Below, in pieces: positions 13,166 to 25,265 of a stretch of DNA of 64,000 bases (positions are counted from its first letter, which is position 1; the number at the start of each line of letters is the position of its first letter). The notes under the pieces were generated by a model. That model did not search any database and was not told the DNA's origin. It was given only the letters and a program-made list of their open reading frames with translations. Both the position numbers and the translations under genes were made by a program. The stretch lies in contig OU015567.1 of NCBI GenBank assembly GCA_907165135.1, positions 3,534,001 to 3,598,000 on the forward strand, given 5' to 3'. Origin of the DNA: Oikopleura dioica. Taxonomy: Eukaryota > Animalia > Chordata.

Positions 13166-14232
13166 TTGTCCAGCCCTTCAGACGAGAAAAAACGGTAATA
13201 ACTGTTGCATAAGAGACTTTCTCAAATTAGCAAAACAAAGCGCGAGGTTTATTTTTTTACAAAGAAGAAGAGCTGCTAGTTTAGATGGTACAACGTGACA
13301 TCGCCCGTGAAATCGCCCGGCTCACGGCTTCCTTAAGTTTTTTTGGTTAGTTGTGTAATTTGCTTGTTGACCGATCAAGTGTCCGCCTTTGCTGAGTTCT
13401 TACCGTTTCTTGAGTTTGTTGATCAATTTTCTTATCGATCGCTGCATTCGGCGGATTCCAGAGTAGTCTGTTGTGCTACAGGAGGTTGTTGGGTAGTCGT
13501 GCTTGAAATTCAGAATAATGAACGGCCTTAAAAATAAAACTTACAGGTGATTTGAAAAAATAATCAGAAATATACAAATTATAAATCGCAAGCAAATTGT
13601 CCAATCCTTCTGAAATCTTCAGAGTCGGATAGCAAAAAACTAAAACCAGCTCATTTCAAGAACTTTGCGTCAGCTGACCGCTTGAATTTCAATTTCAAAT
13701 CTGAAGAATTTGATGAGCTTTATCATTTCGAAAGAAGAAAGGGTAGCTCAAGTGAGTATCAAGTTCAAAATCATTAAAGGAAAGGGTTTAAGCTCGATGC
13801 TTATTTTTTCTTTTGATCACCTAGGACTTGGTTTAGCTGGGCTTTTTTTCTCATGAACTTTTTGGACTCTCGATTTTGCTATCCTTTCCTTTTGCTCGGT
13901 AAAATCGCGCATAACCAGCTGAAGGTAGGAGTCGTACATTTCATGGTCGCCTTTGTTTGGATGCCCAGGATGTGGTGGCTAAAAATGCTTAGAAGAAATT
14001 TACCAAATGTTCGAACCTTATCATGCCTGCAATGCAGCTCAGCATCTTGAAAAAACTGTTGAACCTGGCCAAGTTTAGTCCTCAAACTCGCACGTCTCTG
14101 GCTCATCTCGGATGACAAACGCGCTTAATCCGGCGATGAGGATAATCCTCAGCCAGAAAGATTCAATTTTATCACCGTTTCATCTTTAAACACGCGCCTT
14201 TTTAGCGAGTTCAAATTTTCAACTTCGAAAAA

Positions 14233-15174
14233 TCAAAAATGTCGAGTTATGAAAAAATGATCTCTGTCAACTCGGCTTGGCATATTTCCCCACCTAATGT
14301 GATCCTTCACAAAATGGACCCACCCAAAAGGTAACGTTGTCATCCGGCTCCTGTTTCCGAATCGCATGTGCAGCGCTGTTCTCAGTAAGCCGAAAAGATT
14401 GTTGAAAATCCAAGACGTTTCCGTTGCTAAGTCGTCGATTGGACTCGGCGTTTTTGTTGGACCGGTAGAGCTGAACAAACGGTTTTTTATCTATATATAT
14501 ATCAGCGGTTTTTAGATTCGACGGAAAGAGCTATCGACGAAAGGCTTTCGTATCTTAGGGGTGATAACTCACACGCATCCTCCTCGACCACAATTAGTTG
14601 CTGGCTTGATAGGAGTAATAAGCTGAAAATCTGTTGTGTAGAGAGTTGAAGTCGTCGTTGTAGTTGAAGTTGTTGGGGTTGAGGTCGTCGTTGTGGTTGT
14701 CGTTGTGATCGTCGTCGAGGTCGTCGTTGAGGTTGTCGTCGAGGTTGTCGTCGAGGTTGTCGTTGAGGTTGTCGTCGTTGTTGTTGTTGTAGTCGTAGAT
14801 GAAGTGGCAAGAAAGGCTTCCAGTACTGCAAGCTGATCCTCGTTATAAAGCCGTCTGCATGTTATATAGTGGTCCTTACAGCAATCACCATAGTCAATGC
14901 ACTCTGCGTCGCAGTAACAGTCTCTTTCGTCATTAGCGGAAAGCTCCAAACCGTTGACACCGAACGGAGCTTTTGGCTGATCGACACAGGGTATTCCCTG
15001 GGCAACGAGGTCAGGGTGACAGCCATAGCAATCTTCTGAAAATCCGTCGCAGCATGCATTTGTTATTCCGCCTTTGGGTCGCTCATAACACTTCGAGTTT
15101 CCCTTCGATTTTCCGATATTTGATTCTTGCGAAAAAACTGAAGAAAAAGACAGAAATATTAAATTTCTCATCAT
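14233..15174 (-). CDS. Secreted somatomedin-B plus Thr-rich mucin protein, paralogue 2 (oikosin-like)
   Basis: Signal MMRNLIFLSFSSVFSQ; CCDGFSEDCYGC...RDCYCDAECIDYGDCCKDHYITC (SMB pattern); poly-Thr tract; downstream exon ETSWIFNNLF resembles the end of paralogue 1. Confidence 0.8.
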
Positions 15175-16782
15175 ATTTTTTTTTTGCTTACTGAAAATGA
15201 GATTACAAGCGCTGTTATATAAGAAAACACCGGGGGTTCTAAACCAAGCAAATCAGCTGATCTTACGAGGTGAACATGGCTGAACATTTCTAACATACAG
15301 ATTGCTGCTGCCTAAACGAGCTTGCTAATTGAGTTACTGGAGCTTTTTCTTAATAAAGTTTTTCAGAAAATTCACAAATTTCAAAAAGATTTTTCATAGA
15401 ATTCGCAGAACTGATTCGAGATCAGCGAAAAATCTGCTCTTTGAAAATTTCATAATGTGCGGCGATTGCGACGAGAAAACAGCAAAAAGCGGCGACAAAA
15501 AACGGCAGTTGATTTGAGCGGTAAAACGGACGTCGTCACAAGGCTTATTGAGCGGGCAAGTTTGCAAGTTTCGTTTGTTTTATCGAAATTAAAAGGCCGC
15601 TGCTTAGAAGTAGCTCGAGAATTCTAATGACTCTCTAAAGAGCTGTTGCAAGTAGGGTCGATTGAAATGTGAAGAGTCCTTTTAGAATAATGGAAAATTT
15701 TTTATTTTCTAGAGCATTTATTTCTGCTTTGAACGCGAGTTTGTTGCTTCATTTTCCATTTTTAGCGGAAAACTGAGTTGATAAATTCATTAAAAATAGG
15801 ATTATTCGAATCTTCGGCAATTAAAAATCATAATACACGAAGTTTTTCGCTGATCAAATTGTGCTGTCCGAAGTCAAATAAATTCAAGGATTAGCCAGAA
15901 TAATGACGACTCCTTTTTGTTAATTACTACAATGATAATTTCGTGAATGCCACTGCGAGATTACTGGGACTCTAAGACTTTTACTTCAAGACGAGTTGAG
16001 TGATATATCAATTTTGTGGAAGGATCCTTCTTGCATCTACAATTTGCCTGCGTCTCAGACCAAGGATTCTTTTCAAAAGTGACGCCTGGGTCTCAGACCC
16101 AGGATACCCCCTCAGAAGTGACGCCTGGGTCCGAAAATCAGGAGATGAGGTTAATAATAAGAAAAATTCACTTCCTGCCATAAATAATTGATAACGAGCC
16201 TAGTAATTACTATAATTAAGGTTAGTATTAGGGGGCACCTGCAAACTCACCCGAGGGGGATATGCTAGGGTTAGTTAGGGTTACCCTTTAGTAACTATAG
16301 ACTAGACCCCGGCATTTTAGGAAGAAATAATGGACCGGGACTTTCGATGAGTCTAGTATAGGCGGTATAAATTCTACGACATGGTTCAACACGAAGAATA
16401 AGCATTGTTACTCATATCGTCTATCTTAGCGATTCTAGCCACAGCTGCAAATCCGATTCTATTCCGACCGATAAAAGCTAGAATAATGGAAATCTCTGAT
16501 GTTTCATTCCTTGTTGACTCAGATCTCCGGCCGCGTTGATGAACGCACAAATTACGCTTACGCGAAAAATTAAACGTATGTTTTGACGAGTTTTCATGAT
16601 TCGCGCAAGAGCGCCTAAATCCGACTATATAATAAATCCCAGATCTCCGTTTCCTCATCAGATCAGAATCTCAAAAGATAATTTTGAGATCGAAAAAAAA
16701 ACTTTGAAAGACAAGTTTTTTTTCTAAAATTGATTTGAATTTTTCCTTTCGATTTTTTTTGAAAAAATAAGAAATAAGAAGG

Positions 16783-19639
16783 ATGAAAATTTCAATTCAA
16801 CTGATTGCTGCTGCTTCTGCCACTCATTATCGAGCAGGCTCCTATGAATACAAGCAGAATGGGGCTACTCTTCAAGGTAAGAAAATTTTTCATCTGAGGA
16901 TTACCATTTTTTAGTTCGACGAACAATGGGTTGGCGACGCGGTTTTGCTGGCTACGGAAATGACGGATGTACAGAAGATCACGTGAACAATGAAATCATC
17001 AGGTAAAATTGATCCTTTTACTCCTCAGAACTGATTATTCTCTAGTGATCCGATGATCAACGAAGTTATATACGACTTCAACGGCAATGTCTTGATTGAC
17101 TTTCAGGAAGCTGGAACAGCAGGAACCTACATCGTCAGCGAAATCGAACAATCGCCCAAATTAGACCCGGGAGTTCACTACTGCTTTGGATCACAAACTG
17201 AGGAGTTTTCGATTAGCAAGCAGTTTATCCACAGAGCGTACGGTTGCTGTACGATCGAGATGAACGATGACGATGGGAATGTGTTCAAAGACGGTGACTA
17301 CCAGTTTCTGTCGAAAGTTTACGATTTGACCAATAATTCGCCCTCATTCAGGTAAAAATGAAAATTTTTTTCTAGACATCATTTTTCATTCTAGAATTCC
17401 TGCGATCTGGTACATCATGTTCGGCTGCCCCGACCAGCGACTCCACCTCAGCCCGATCGACGTTGACGGTGACAACATCAAGTGCCGTTGGGCGAATGAA
17501 GCCGAGGCGGCAAGAATGTCCCGCGATATCGGCAACTTTAACTCTTTCCAACTCGACGAGGAGAATTGCATCGTCACTTATCTTCCCGAAAACGACAACT
17601 TTGGCGCTGGAATCAAACCTCTAGCGATTCAAGTCGAGGATTTCGACGCGAATGGGGTGCTCCGATCTTCGATGCCAGCGCAGTTCATGGCTACAGTTTG
17701 GACGCCCGAAATGCCCGATCCAGGGGACAATGGTTCCACTGGCGGTGGAAAACTCTTTGCTGATACTGTCTTCGGAGCAATTCACGATGAAACTCTAGAG
17801 AATCATCAGTCACCTTCAACCTCTTCTTTCAAGCCGCCTCGTAGATGGCGTGCTCGAGGGCGGCGAAACACCGACTATCCAGCATACTGCTCCGGTCTTC
17901 CAACCTTCACCGGCGAAACCCCCACTGACGGAGACATAATCGAAGTTTTCAATGAAATCGATATTGATTTTTTCGCGATTTACACGCTTGATGATACAAC
18001 CAACTTCGACATGGACAGAATTGTCTTTTCCACGCCACCAGGAATGACCTGCACTGAGGTTGATAAGGTGACGGGACAGGCGACTTGCTCCTGGGAACCA
18101 ACAGATGCGCAGAGAGCGATTGGAGAGTTTGACTTGTGCGCGATAGCATACGATCCAATGAATAGAAATACTGATCAAGTTTGCGTCACGCTCAGACTCA
18201 ATCCTCCAACCACAACAACAACCACTACAACTTCAACAACTACCACCAGCACGACAACAACGACGACAACAACAACAACTACTACAACTACGACAACAAC
18301 CACGACTACAACGACAACTCTCGGAACAGGAATCGCAACCAACACCGGTGACATCAGCATTTTTACTCACGATTGGTTCAACGTTCCCACTATTTTCCCT
18401 GAATGCGATACAAAACACAACAATGATTCTACCCTCTCTACCTGGGAAACCGTTGAATCTGAGTGGATGCCTGCCGTTGGAACAGTCCATTGGATGCACT
18501 TGCGCAACAGCGAATCTCGAGATTCCGTTTGCGCTGACGTCTACGATGGGAGTATTGGTTTCGATATGTCGCGAACGGTCAGAACCTTGATTCCAACTTT
18601 TGCCGGGGTGAAATGCTTGAGATTCGAAAATGGAGAATGCACTAATGCTCAGGTTCGATATTGCTGCCCACCTGAAATTCCAACAACAACAACTACAACA
18701 ACCACAACGACAACTACTACTCTTGGAACGGGAGTGCAAACAAACACCGGCGACATCAGAATTTCCACCCACGATTGGTTCAACACCCCGACAATTTATC
18801 CTGAGTGCGATACTAGCCAAAACTACGACTATTACCTCTCAACCTGGGAAACAGTCGAGTCTGACTGGATCGAAGGAGGAAGCAGCTGGAAGTACTTGCT
18901 CAACAGCGATTCAAGAGATGAAGTTTGTGCTGATGTCTACGCTGGTGAAATTGGTTTTGATTCGTCGAGATTGACGGGAGATTTCATTCCAAGCTATGTT
19001 GGAGTCAGATGCTTGAGAGTTGTTGATGGAGAGTGTGTTGATGCTCTCATTCGTTACTGCTGCCCAGCTGAAATTCCAACAACAACAACAACCACCTCTA
19101 CAACTACGACTTCTACAACAACGACAACCACGACAACTACTACAACTACCACCTCGACAACATCAACAACGACAACAACAACCTCAACCACTACAACAAC
19201 AACCACGACAACAACAAGTCCTCGACCAAGAACTACCCTCACTTTCTGGCTCGACATTTTCGCCCCCAACTTCACGTCTCAAAATCTCACCGATTACGGT
19301 TGCACTGGTCGAGGCCTTCTAGAACCTTTCACCCGAAACGCTGGTCGCCCCGTCGACGCAGTAGATCTAGCGATCAATTCATGGAAGAAATGCAATCGTT
19401 GCTCCGTTGACGTTCTCTATCCATCTACTCTTCTAACAAAGGGTTGGGACTATCCCCTTCCTTTGAATGAGCAGTGCTTTAGCGATACGGACTTTGAAAA
19501 GGCAATTTGCGAATGCGACAAAGCATTTGCCAAGGCTCTTGAAATGATTGGCTCGCCAGCAGAAGAATATCAAAATTATGATGAAGGTCTTTGCAGCTCT
19601 TGCGGAGGATCTCTTATCGGTAAGAATGCGTATTTTTGA
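16783..19639 (+). CDS. Large secreted mosaic protein: THYRAGS N-terminus, cadherin-like segment, three Thr-mucin tracts, two WxxW/CILP-like Cys repeats and a C-terminal PLA2-like domain (oikosin-like)
   Basis: Signal MKISIQLIAAASA followed by THYRAGSY; small GT-AG introns; final 740-aa ORF with DVDGDNIKCRWA, duplicated THDWFN.PTI.PECD...CLR...C..A..RYCCP units, and NLTDYGC.GRG...PVDAVD...CECDKAFA. Confidence 0.85.
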
Positions 19640-20480
19640 ATCCGTGTAATGAAATTCATTGATCATTGATCACCAATCAATATAATTAAGAAACTGAAAC
19701 AAAATGCTGCGTGACCGAAGCCGGCTCTTTTCAGCAATATTCATCTCCATCCGAGCAATGCTGCGAAGACAACCAGCTAAAGCCAATCGGAACCTGTGAA
19801 ATCGAAGAAGGAATCACTTATTCCGGCGCAGTGAAAATGTTCTGATCAATTTATCATTCTGTAAATATTTTTTCTTCATCACTTTTGTACTCAAATAAAC
19901 ATCTTCTTATTAAAAAAATCCGTTTATTAAACAATTTAAAAAATATTAAAAAGTTATTTTACAAAATAATGCATCCAGGGCACTTTCCACCGGCTTCTTT
20001 TGTGATAACGTCGACGTCATGATTGTCAATTTTGTGAAAAGCCCTCTCGATTTGAGCACTTAGAAGATGCTTTTTATGACTATTCAGAAATTTGAAGCGA
20101 TGAAATATTTTGTGAACTTACAGCTTCTCATTTGGGTTTTCTTCGAGAATCGTTGATTTTCCAGCTTTTTCAGCGAATTTTCTAAGAGAGAATTTATGTT
20201 TGATGAAAAAAGAGAACTCACAACTTTTCACCAGGTTTGACCGGGAGAACAAGAACTCCTCCTTAAAAATCAATGACTTTATCGAAATTAAAGCTAAATG
20301 TCTACCCTGGACAGGCGCATTGTCATTGGTGTCGACGACTTTCTCGGCTTCATCCGGTTTCTTTTGCCCTAAAAGAACTTCATTTTGGCATAAAAAACAT
20401 TAAATGTACCCGTTGGCTCTTGAATTCTTCGTCTCCTTCTTGATTTTGCTCGTCTCTGGGAAATCGTCATTTTTTCTTCT

Positions 20481-21719
20481 CTAAATCATTCTTTTATGAA
20501 AAACCTTTATATCGAAGTACTTTTGCTCTTGCGAATCTTCATTTTCTTCACCCGGCTTTGTTAGCGCAAGTGATTCTTCTTCTTTGATCTCAGATTCGTC
20601 TTCAATTGTTTTTTCATCGGTCGAGTCTTTTTCCTGAATTTCATTTTCGACAGGCAAGTTTTGATGTCTTCGGCGTCGCGATTTTCTAAGACTTTTTGAT
20701 TTTTCAATTTTGACTGGTTCTTCTTGCTTCTCTTCAACGATATCTCTTTGTACCAATGTTTCACTAACGACTGCTTCTGGTGAGCTGGCAGGTTTTTCAA
20801 CCTCGATTTTTTCCTCCGAAAAATCTTCCGTCTTCTGATCTTTATTGTCTTGGGGAGGATCAACAAAGATTACTTCCTCTATCGAATCCTCAAGTTGCTT
20901 TTTGACCTTTCGCCGACGACTTTTTGACTTTGTTCTGCTTTTTGACTTCTTTTCTTCCGTTATATCAGTCAATTCTTTTTCTTCAGCAACTTCGTCCTGT
21001 TCATCAATCTTGTCTTTCATAAACTCTTGATCAGCTTCCAATTCGATGGTTTCAACAGGAGAGCTTCGGATTTCCGACTTTTTCTTTCGCCTTCGGCTTT
21101 TCGATCGGTTCCGGCTATTTGATGTTTTCTCTACAGGTTCATCATTCTTGTCTTCATTTTCTTCTACAGAGGCTTGAGAATCTTCAATCTTTTCTTTTTC
21201 AGAAAGCTTGTCCTCGATTTGAAGATTGTCTTCCTTTTTCTCGACGACAACTGGCTTATTATTTCTTCGACGACTTTTTGATCGTCTTCGGCTTTTGGAC
21301 TTCTCTCCAGATTTTCCTTCCTTCTCAGTCAAACTGCCTTCAAGAGCTTCTGTAAGAACATCACTGTTTTCTTCTTTGACGGAATCTTCTTCCACATTAA
21401 GTATAGCTTCATTTCCGGCATCTTCCGCTTTTGTTTTTCTTCTGCGGCTTTTTGATCGTTTTCGACACTTTGATTTAATTTCTGTTTCTTCTGATGCATT
21501 CATTTTCTCGCCAATGTTTACTTCTAATCCTTCATCATTTGGAATCGTTGCAATTTTTCTCCGACGAGATCGTGATCTCGATCGACTCTTCTTTTCGCAG
21601 GAAGGTTGCAAGTTTTCTTCCTCGGTTTTATTTTTCTGCTTCCTTGTTTTGCGCCTTTTCGACTTTTCAAGCGTTTTTTTCTCTTCCTCCGTCATTTTGA
21701 TTTTCAGCGATTTTATCAA
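20481..21719 (-). CDS. Low-complexity Lys/Glu/Ser/Arg-rich protein with periodic (K)SKSRRR motifs; probably continues to ~20.0 kb
   Basis: 412-aa ORF with about seven basic SKSRRR(K) islands separated by acidic spacers; a splice-compatible further exon at ~20400-20480. Confidence 0.65.
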   Translation of the reverse strand: MIKSLKIKMTEEEKKTLEKSKRRKTRKQKNKTEEENLQPSCEKKSRSRSRSRRRKIATIPNDEGLEVNIGEKMNASEETEIKSKCRKRSKSRRRKTKAEDAGNEAILNVEEDSVKEENSDVLTEALEGSLTEKEGKSGEKSKSRRRSKSRRRNNKPVVVEKKEDNLQIEDKLSEKEKIEDSQASVEENEDKNDEPVEKTSNSRNRSKSRRRKKKSEIRSSPVETIELEADQEFMKDKIDEQDEVAEEKELTDITEEKKSKSRTKSKSRRRKVKKQLEDSIEEVIFVDPPQDNKDQKTEDFSEEKIEVEKPASSPEAVVSETLVQRDIVEEKQEEPVKIEKSKSLRKSRRRRHQNLPVENEIQEKDSTDEKTIEDESEIKEEESLALTKPGEENEDSQEQKYFDIKVFHKRMI

Positions 21720-21840
21720 TCAGAGCTTCATTCAAAGCGGAAATGAGAAATTTTTGAATAACGAGTATGAAATAAGTCTATAATAAGAATTTGCCCATTT
21801 ATTGTACATTTTTGTTTTGAAATTTGATTTGCAGCAAAAC

Positions 21841-23267
21841 TTAAAAATAATTAATCTTTTCGTTTTTAAGCTCTTCTTGGTTTCTGAAGATTTTGTAGCC
21901 AAACACTGCCATGTACTCTTCGCATATTTTTTGTACTTTTTGAACTCGATCCCAAGCCGCGGTTTTTCTCCATTTTTGAAGGTTTTCTTTTGAGTTGCGC
22001 TTGGTCGAATAAGCTTTTAAAAATTCATTATCTTTTGAATACTTTTCGAGAGGATACGAAGTGGCTCTAGAATTTGTATCTTCATAGTATTTTTGACTTT
22101 ATGAAAATGAACAAATGAGATCGTTGATTTTATCCCTTTCCTTTGTACTGTCATCCTTCTCTGTCGCCGCTTTCAAATACTCATGAACATCTTCTGAAAT
22201 CTCCATGTCCAGAAACTCATAAGTTTCTTTCGAAACCGCAATTGGGTCCATCGCGATATCTTCATATCTAATTATTTTCACCATCTCTTTCCATTTTGAC
22301 TCATTTTTCTTGTTTGCCGCGAATTTCGCGCACTCGACTTCCAGCTGATCGAAAAACTGCTGCTCATGGGTACCCCAGTAACTCGCTGGCCAAGTCAGTT
22401 TCTTTCTCGATTCTAGCATTGCTCGAGGATCTCTTGCGAGAAGGACGATCTTTCCTTCGATTTTGCCATCAAGCCGATTGAAAAAATCGACAAATTGTTG
22501 AACATCTAGGACTCTGATGATTTTCGCCGCTGTCGCTTTTGTTTCGTTTATGCATATTTTCTCCGCAAGATCGGCTTTTTTTGCTGGCCCGGGAAAACAA
22601 GGCTTTCGGCAAATATGATCTTCGTACGTCTTTGAGCAAAAAGGAGGAGCGCAAAAACGGCGAGAATTGAACCAAAAACAAGTGTCCTCTGTCTGACAGA
22701 CGTTTTTGACTGTAGTTGAGTTTTCAGCGTAGTCCTTCCAGTCAGAGAAGAGCGGAAGTTTACAATCGACGAAAATACTTTCCAGAAGCTTTTGAGGAGT
22801 TCTTTTTTCGCTGGCTTTTTTTACATTTGATTTTTAAAATATATTTTTCAAATTCTTAGAACTGAACCTGAAACCGTTTTTCTTCAATGGTTTTGTTCAT
22901 TTTTCCTGTCCAGTCGTATTCAAAAAGTGTGAAGGGTTCAAAATGATAGAAAATGTCCTTTATGTGGCTCAAAAACATACAATTTTCTGTTAAAATTTCA
23001 AGAGATTTGAGCACTTTCCTTGTTCCGATTGAATAATTCCCCGGTAAACGTACTTCCTGCGCGGTAAAGAGTCATCAGCACAATCGTTTTTCGTCGAATT
23101 TTTGAAGAAACATTTTTCGTTTCAAGTTCATTTTTACTTTCTTCAAGCTTTTCTTTTCTGACAACGAGTCTCGACTTTAGCTCCTGATTCTCTTTTGCGC
23201 TCTTGTACAAAATAAAAAAGACGAAAAGTAAGCAAACAGCACTTATTATTTTTTGATAGAATCTCAT
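21841..23267 (-). CDS. Golgi type-II membrane carbohydrate sulfotransferase (CHST1/3-like)
   Basis: N-terminal TM segment; 5'-PSB-like TLYRAGSTFTGELFNRNK|DIFYHFEP; 3'-PB-like IVLLARDPRAMLESR; IRYEDIAMDP; C-terminal W..VQKVQKICEEYMAVFGY. Confidence 0.88.
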
Positions 23268-23489
23268 CGTTGCTAGTTAATTATAGTTTTATACTGGTGA
23301 CTGAAATAAACGTTTCATTTTATTGAGTAAATGTTGGAAAACACTTAAATAAGGTCTCGTTGTTGTCGATATGATTGGACCTAAGGGCAAGTTCCATTGA
23401 TGCATGAAGTTCTAGTGAAATCTATCTGATAAGATAGAAGAAGATAGTCAATATAAAATCGAGAAACAGTGATTAAATAACTCGGAAAA

Positions 23490-24724
23490 TTAAAAAATTT
23501 GGTAAAAGAAGTTTCGGACTTTGTAGGCGGGAGCAGGGTCGTAGTGATTGTCGGCAACGTATGCTGAGAGAGTGCCGGTGGTTTTCGCTCTGCTCGAAGC
23601 GTAATTTCCCGACATTATGGTGGCGCCGTCGACACTTGCGACGTAGGAAAGTTGTCCGCTTCCACGATTGGTAACTTCTATAGTATAGGTGCTCCATTGA
23701 CCGTCAGTGCACGTAATTTCCGTAAATTCGTGATGATCATATCCTTCTGGATTATTTGTTGCAAAGTGCACTTTATTGCTACCGCTTGATCGGAAAAGTA
23801 CGAACGTTCGATCACCAGCTGCTCCGTAATCTTGGCCTGTACCAAGTCGAAGGATAGCCGTCCAAGCCCAGTTGATTGGGGCGCTATGGTCGCAGAAGAC
23901 CTCAGCTGACGCTTTGTAGGCCAGAGCAGCCGGGACGGTTGCGAGAAGATTATTTCGACTAGGTGCAATGGCGCAGCCATTAACGATGTTAAAGCAGTTT
24001 TCAACTCCGTCGCATGGATCGGGAACTTGCAAGCACGCGATATTTATATCAGCAAAAGTCTGATAGTAAAAATTGCGGACGAAATTCGTTGAGCCAGCCT
24101 TGTACCAGTCGTCAGAAACGAAAACTTTGAGATCGACAGATGTCACCAATCCATTTTTGTAAGAGTACATGCCTTGTTCGATAGGGTCACCATCAATGCT
24201 GACAACATATTCGAGAACCAAGTCTTCGAAAGAGCGATCGCTTTGTTTCACAAGAACAGTGTAGGTGTTCCACTAACCCTGAACGCAGACATGATCGCGG
24301 GCCTTATAATATTCGTCTGGAGCATTAAAAAAGAATAAAAACTGTTTTTTGTCAGGATATCGCCAGATTCCGAATGGTCGATCACCAACAGCTCCATAGC
24401 GACAGTCTCCAACGGTCACGTGTATGATATTTAAGAAGTCTCCTCCGTACATCAGGGGAAGTAAAGGCAAGCTATAGTCGCAATAAACGTCAGCAGAGAA
24501 TTTGTAGTTGAGAGCGGCGGGCACAGTTCCAACCAGATTGTTTCGAGAGGGCGCAAGGCTGCATCCGTCTACGAGGGTCTGACAATTGTCGAGGCCATCG
24601 CATGGATCTGTATCACATGGAGGAATTTCTTCGAGATAAAATGTCTTTATTAGCGTGTGGTCATCTAACTTGAGTATGCGGATTTTTCGGTCATTGAACT
24701 TTTCATGGCTGGTAATATTTATTT
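23490..24724 (-). CDS. Tandem-domain extracellular protein (LamG/concanavalin-like repeats); 5' end lost in the gap
   Basis: Repeated units DPCDG..NC...V.GC..APSRNNL..TVPAAL.YK.SA.V.CD, GDR.F, and V..NF.YQT. Confidence 0.6.
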
Positions 24725-25224
24725 NNNNNNNNNNNNNNNNNNNNNNNNNNNNNNNNNNNNNNNNNNNNNNNNNNNNNNNNNNNNNNNNNNNNNNNNNNNN
24801 NNNNNNNNNNNNNNNNNNNNNNNNNNNNNNNNNNNNNNNNNNNNNNNNNNNNNNNNNNNNNNNNNNNNNNNNNNNNNNNNNNNNNNNNNNNNNNNNNNNN
24901 NNNNNNNNNNNNNNNNNNNNNNNNNNNNNNNNNNNNNNNNNNNNNNNNNNNNNNNNNNNNNNNNNNNNNNNNNNNNNNNNNNNNNNNNNNNNNNNNNNNN
25001 NNNNNNNNNNNNNNNNNNNNNNNNNNNNNNNNNNNNNNNNNNNNNNNNNNNNNNNNNNNNNNNNNNNNNNNNNNNNNNNNNNNNNNNNNNNNNNNNNNNN
25101 NNNNNNNNNNNNNNNNNNNNNNNNNNNNNNNNNNNNNNNNNNNNNNNNNNNNNNNNNNNNNNNNNNNNNNNNNNNNNNNNNNNNNNNNNNNNNNNNNNNN
25201 NNNNNNNNNNNNNNNNNNNNNNNN
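24725..25224. other. Assembly gap (exactly 500 N)
   Basis: Run of 500 N. The round size suggests a scaffolding placeholder rather than an estimated gap length. Confidence 0.97.
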
Positions 25225-25265
25225 TCGAGGTAAAATTTTTGTCCTCATCGGAAAACTTTCATAAG

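Noticed and set aside
16053-16285. ~38-bp direct duplication and a TAGGGTTAGTTAGGGTTA telomere-like patch
   Set aside because: Too short to call an interstitial telomere or a defined element; likely a decayed repeat fragment.
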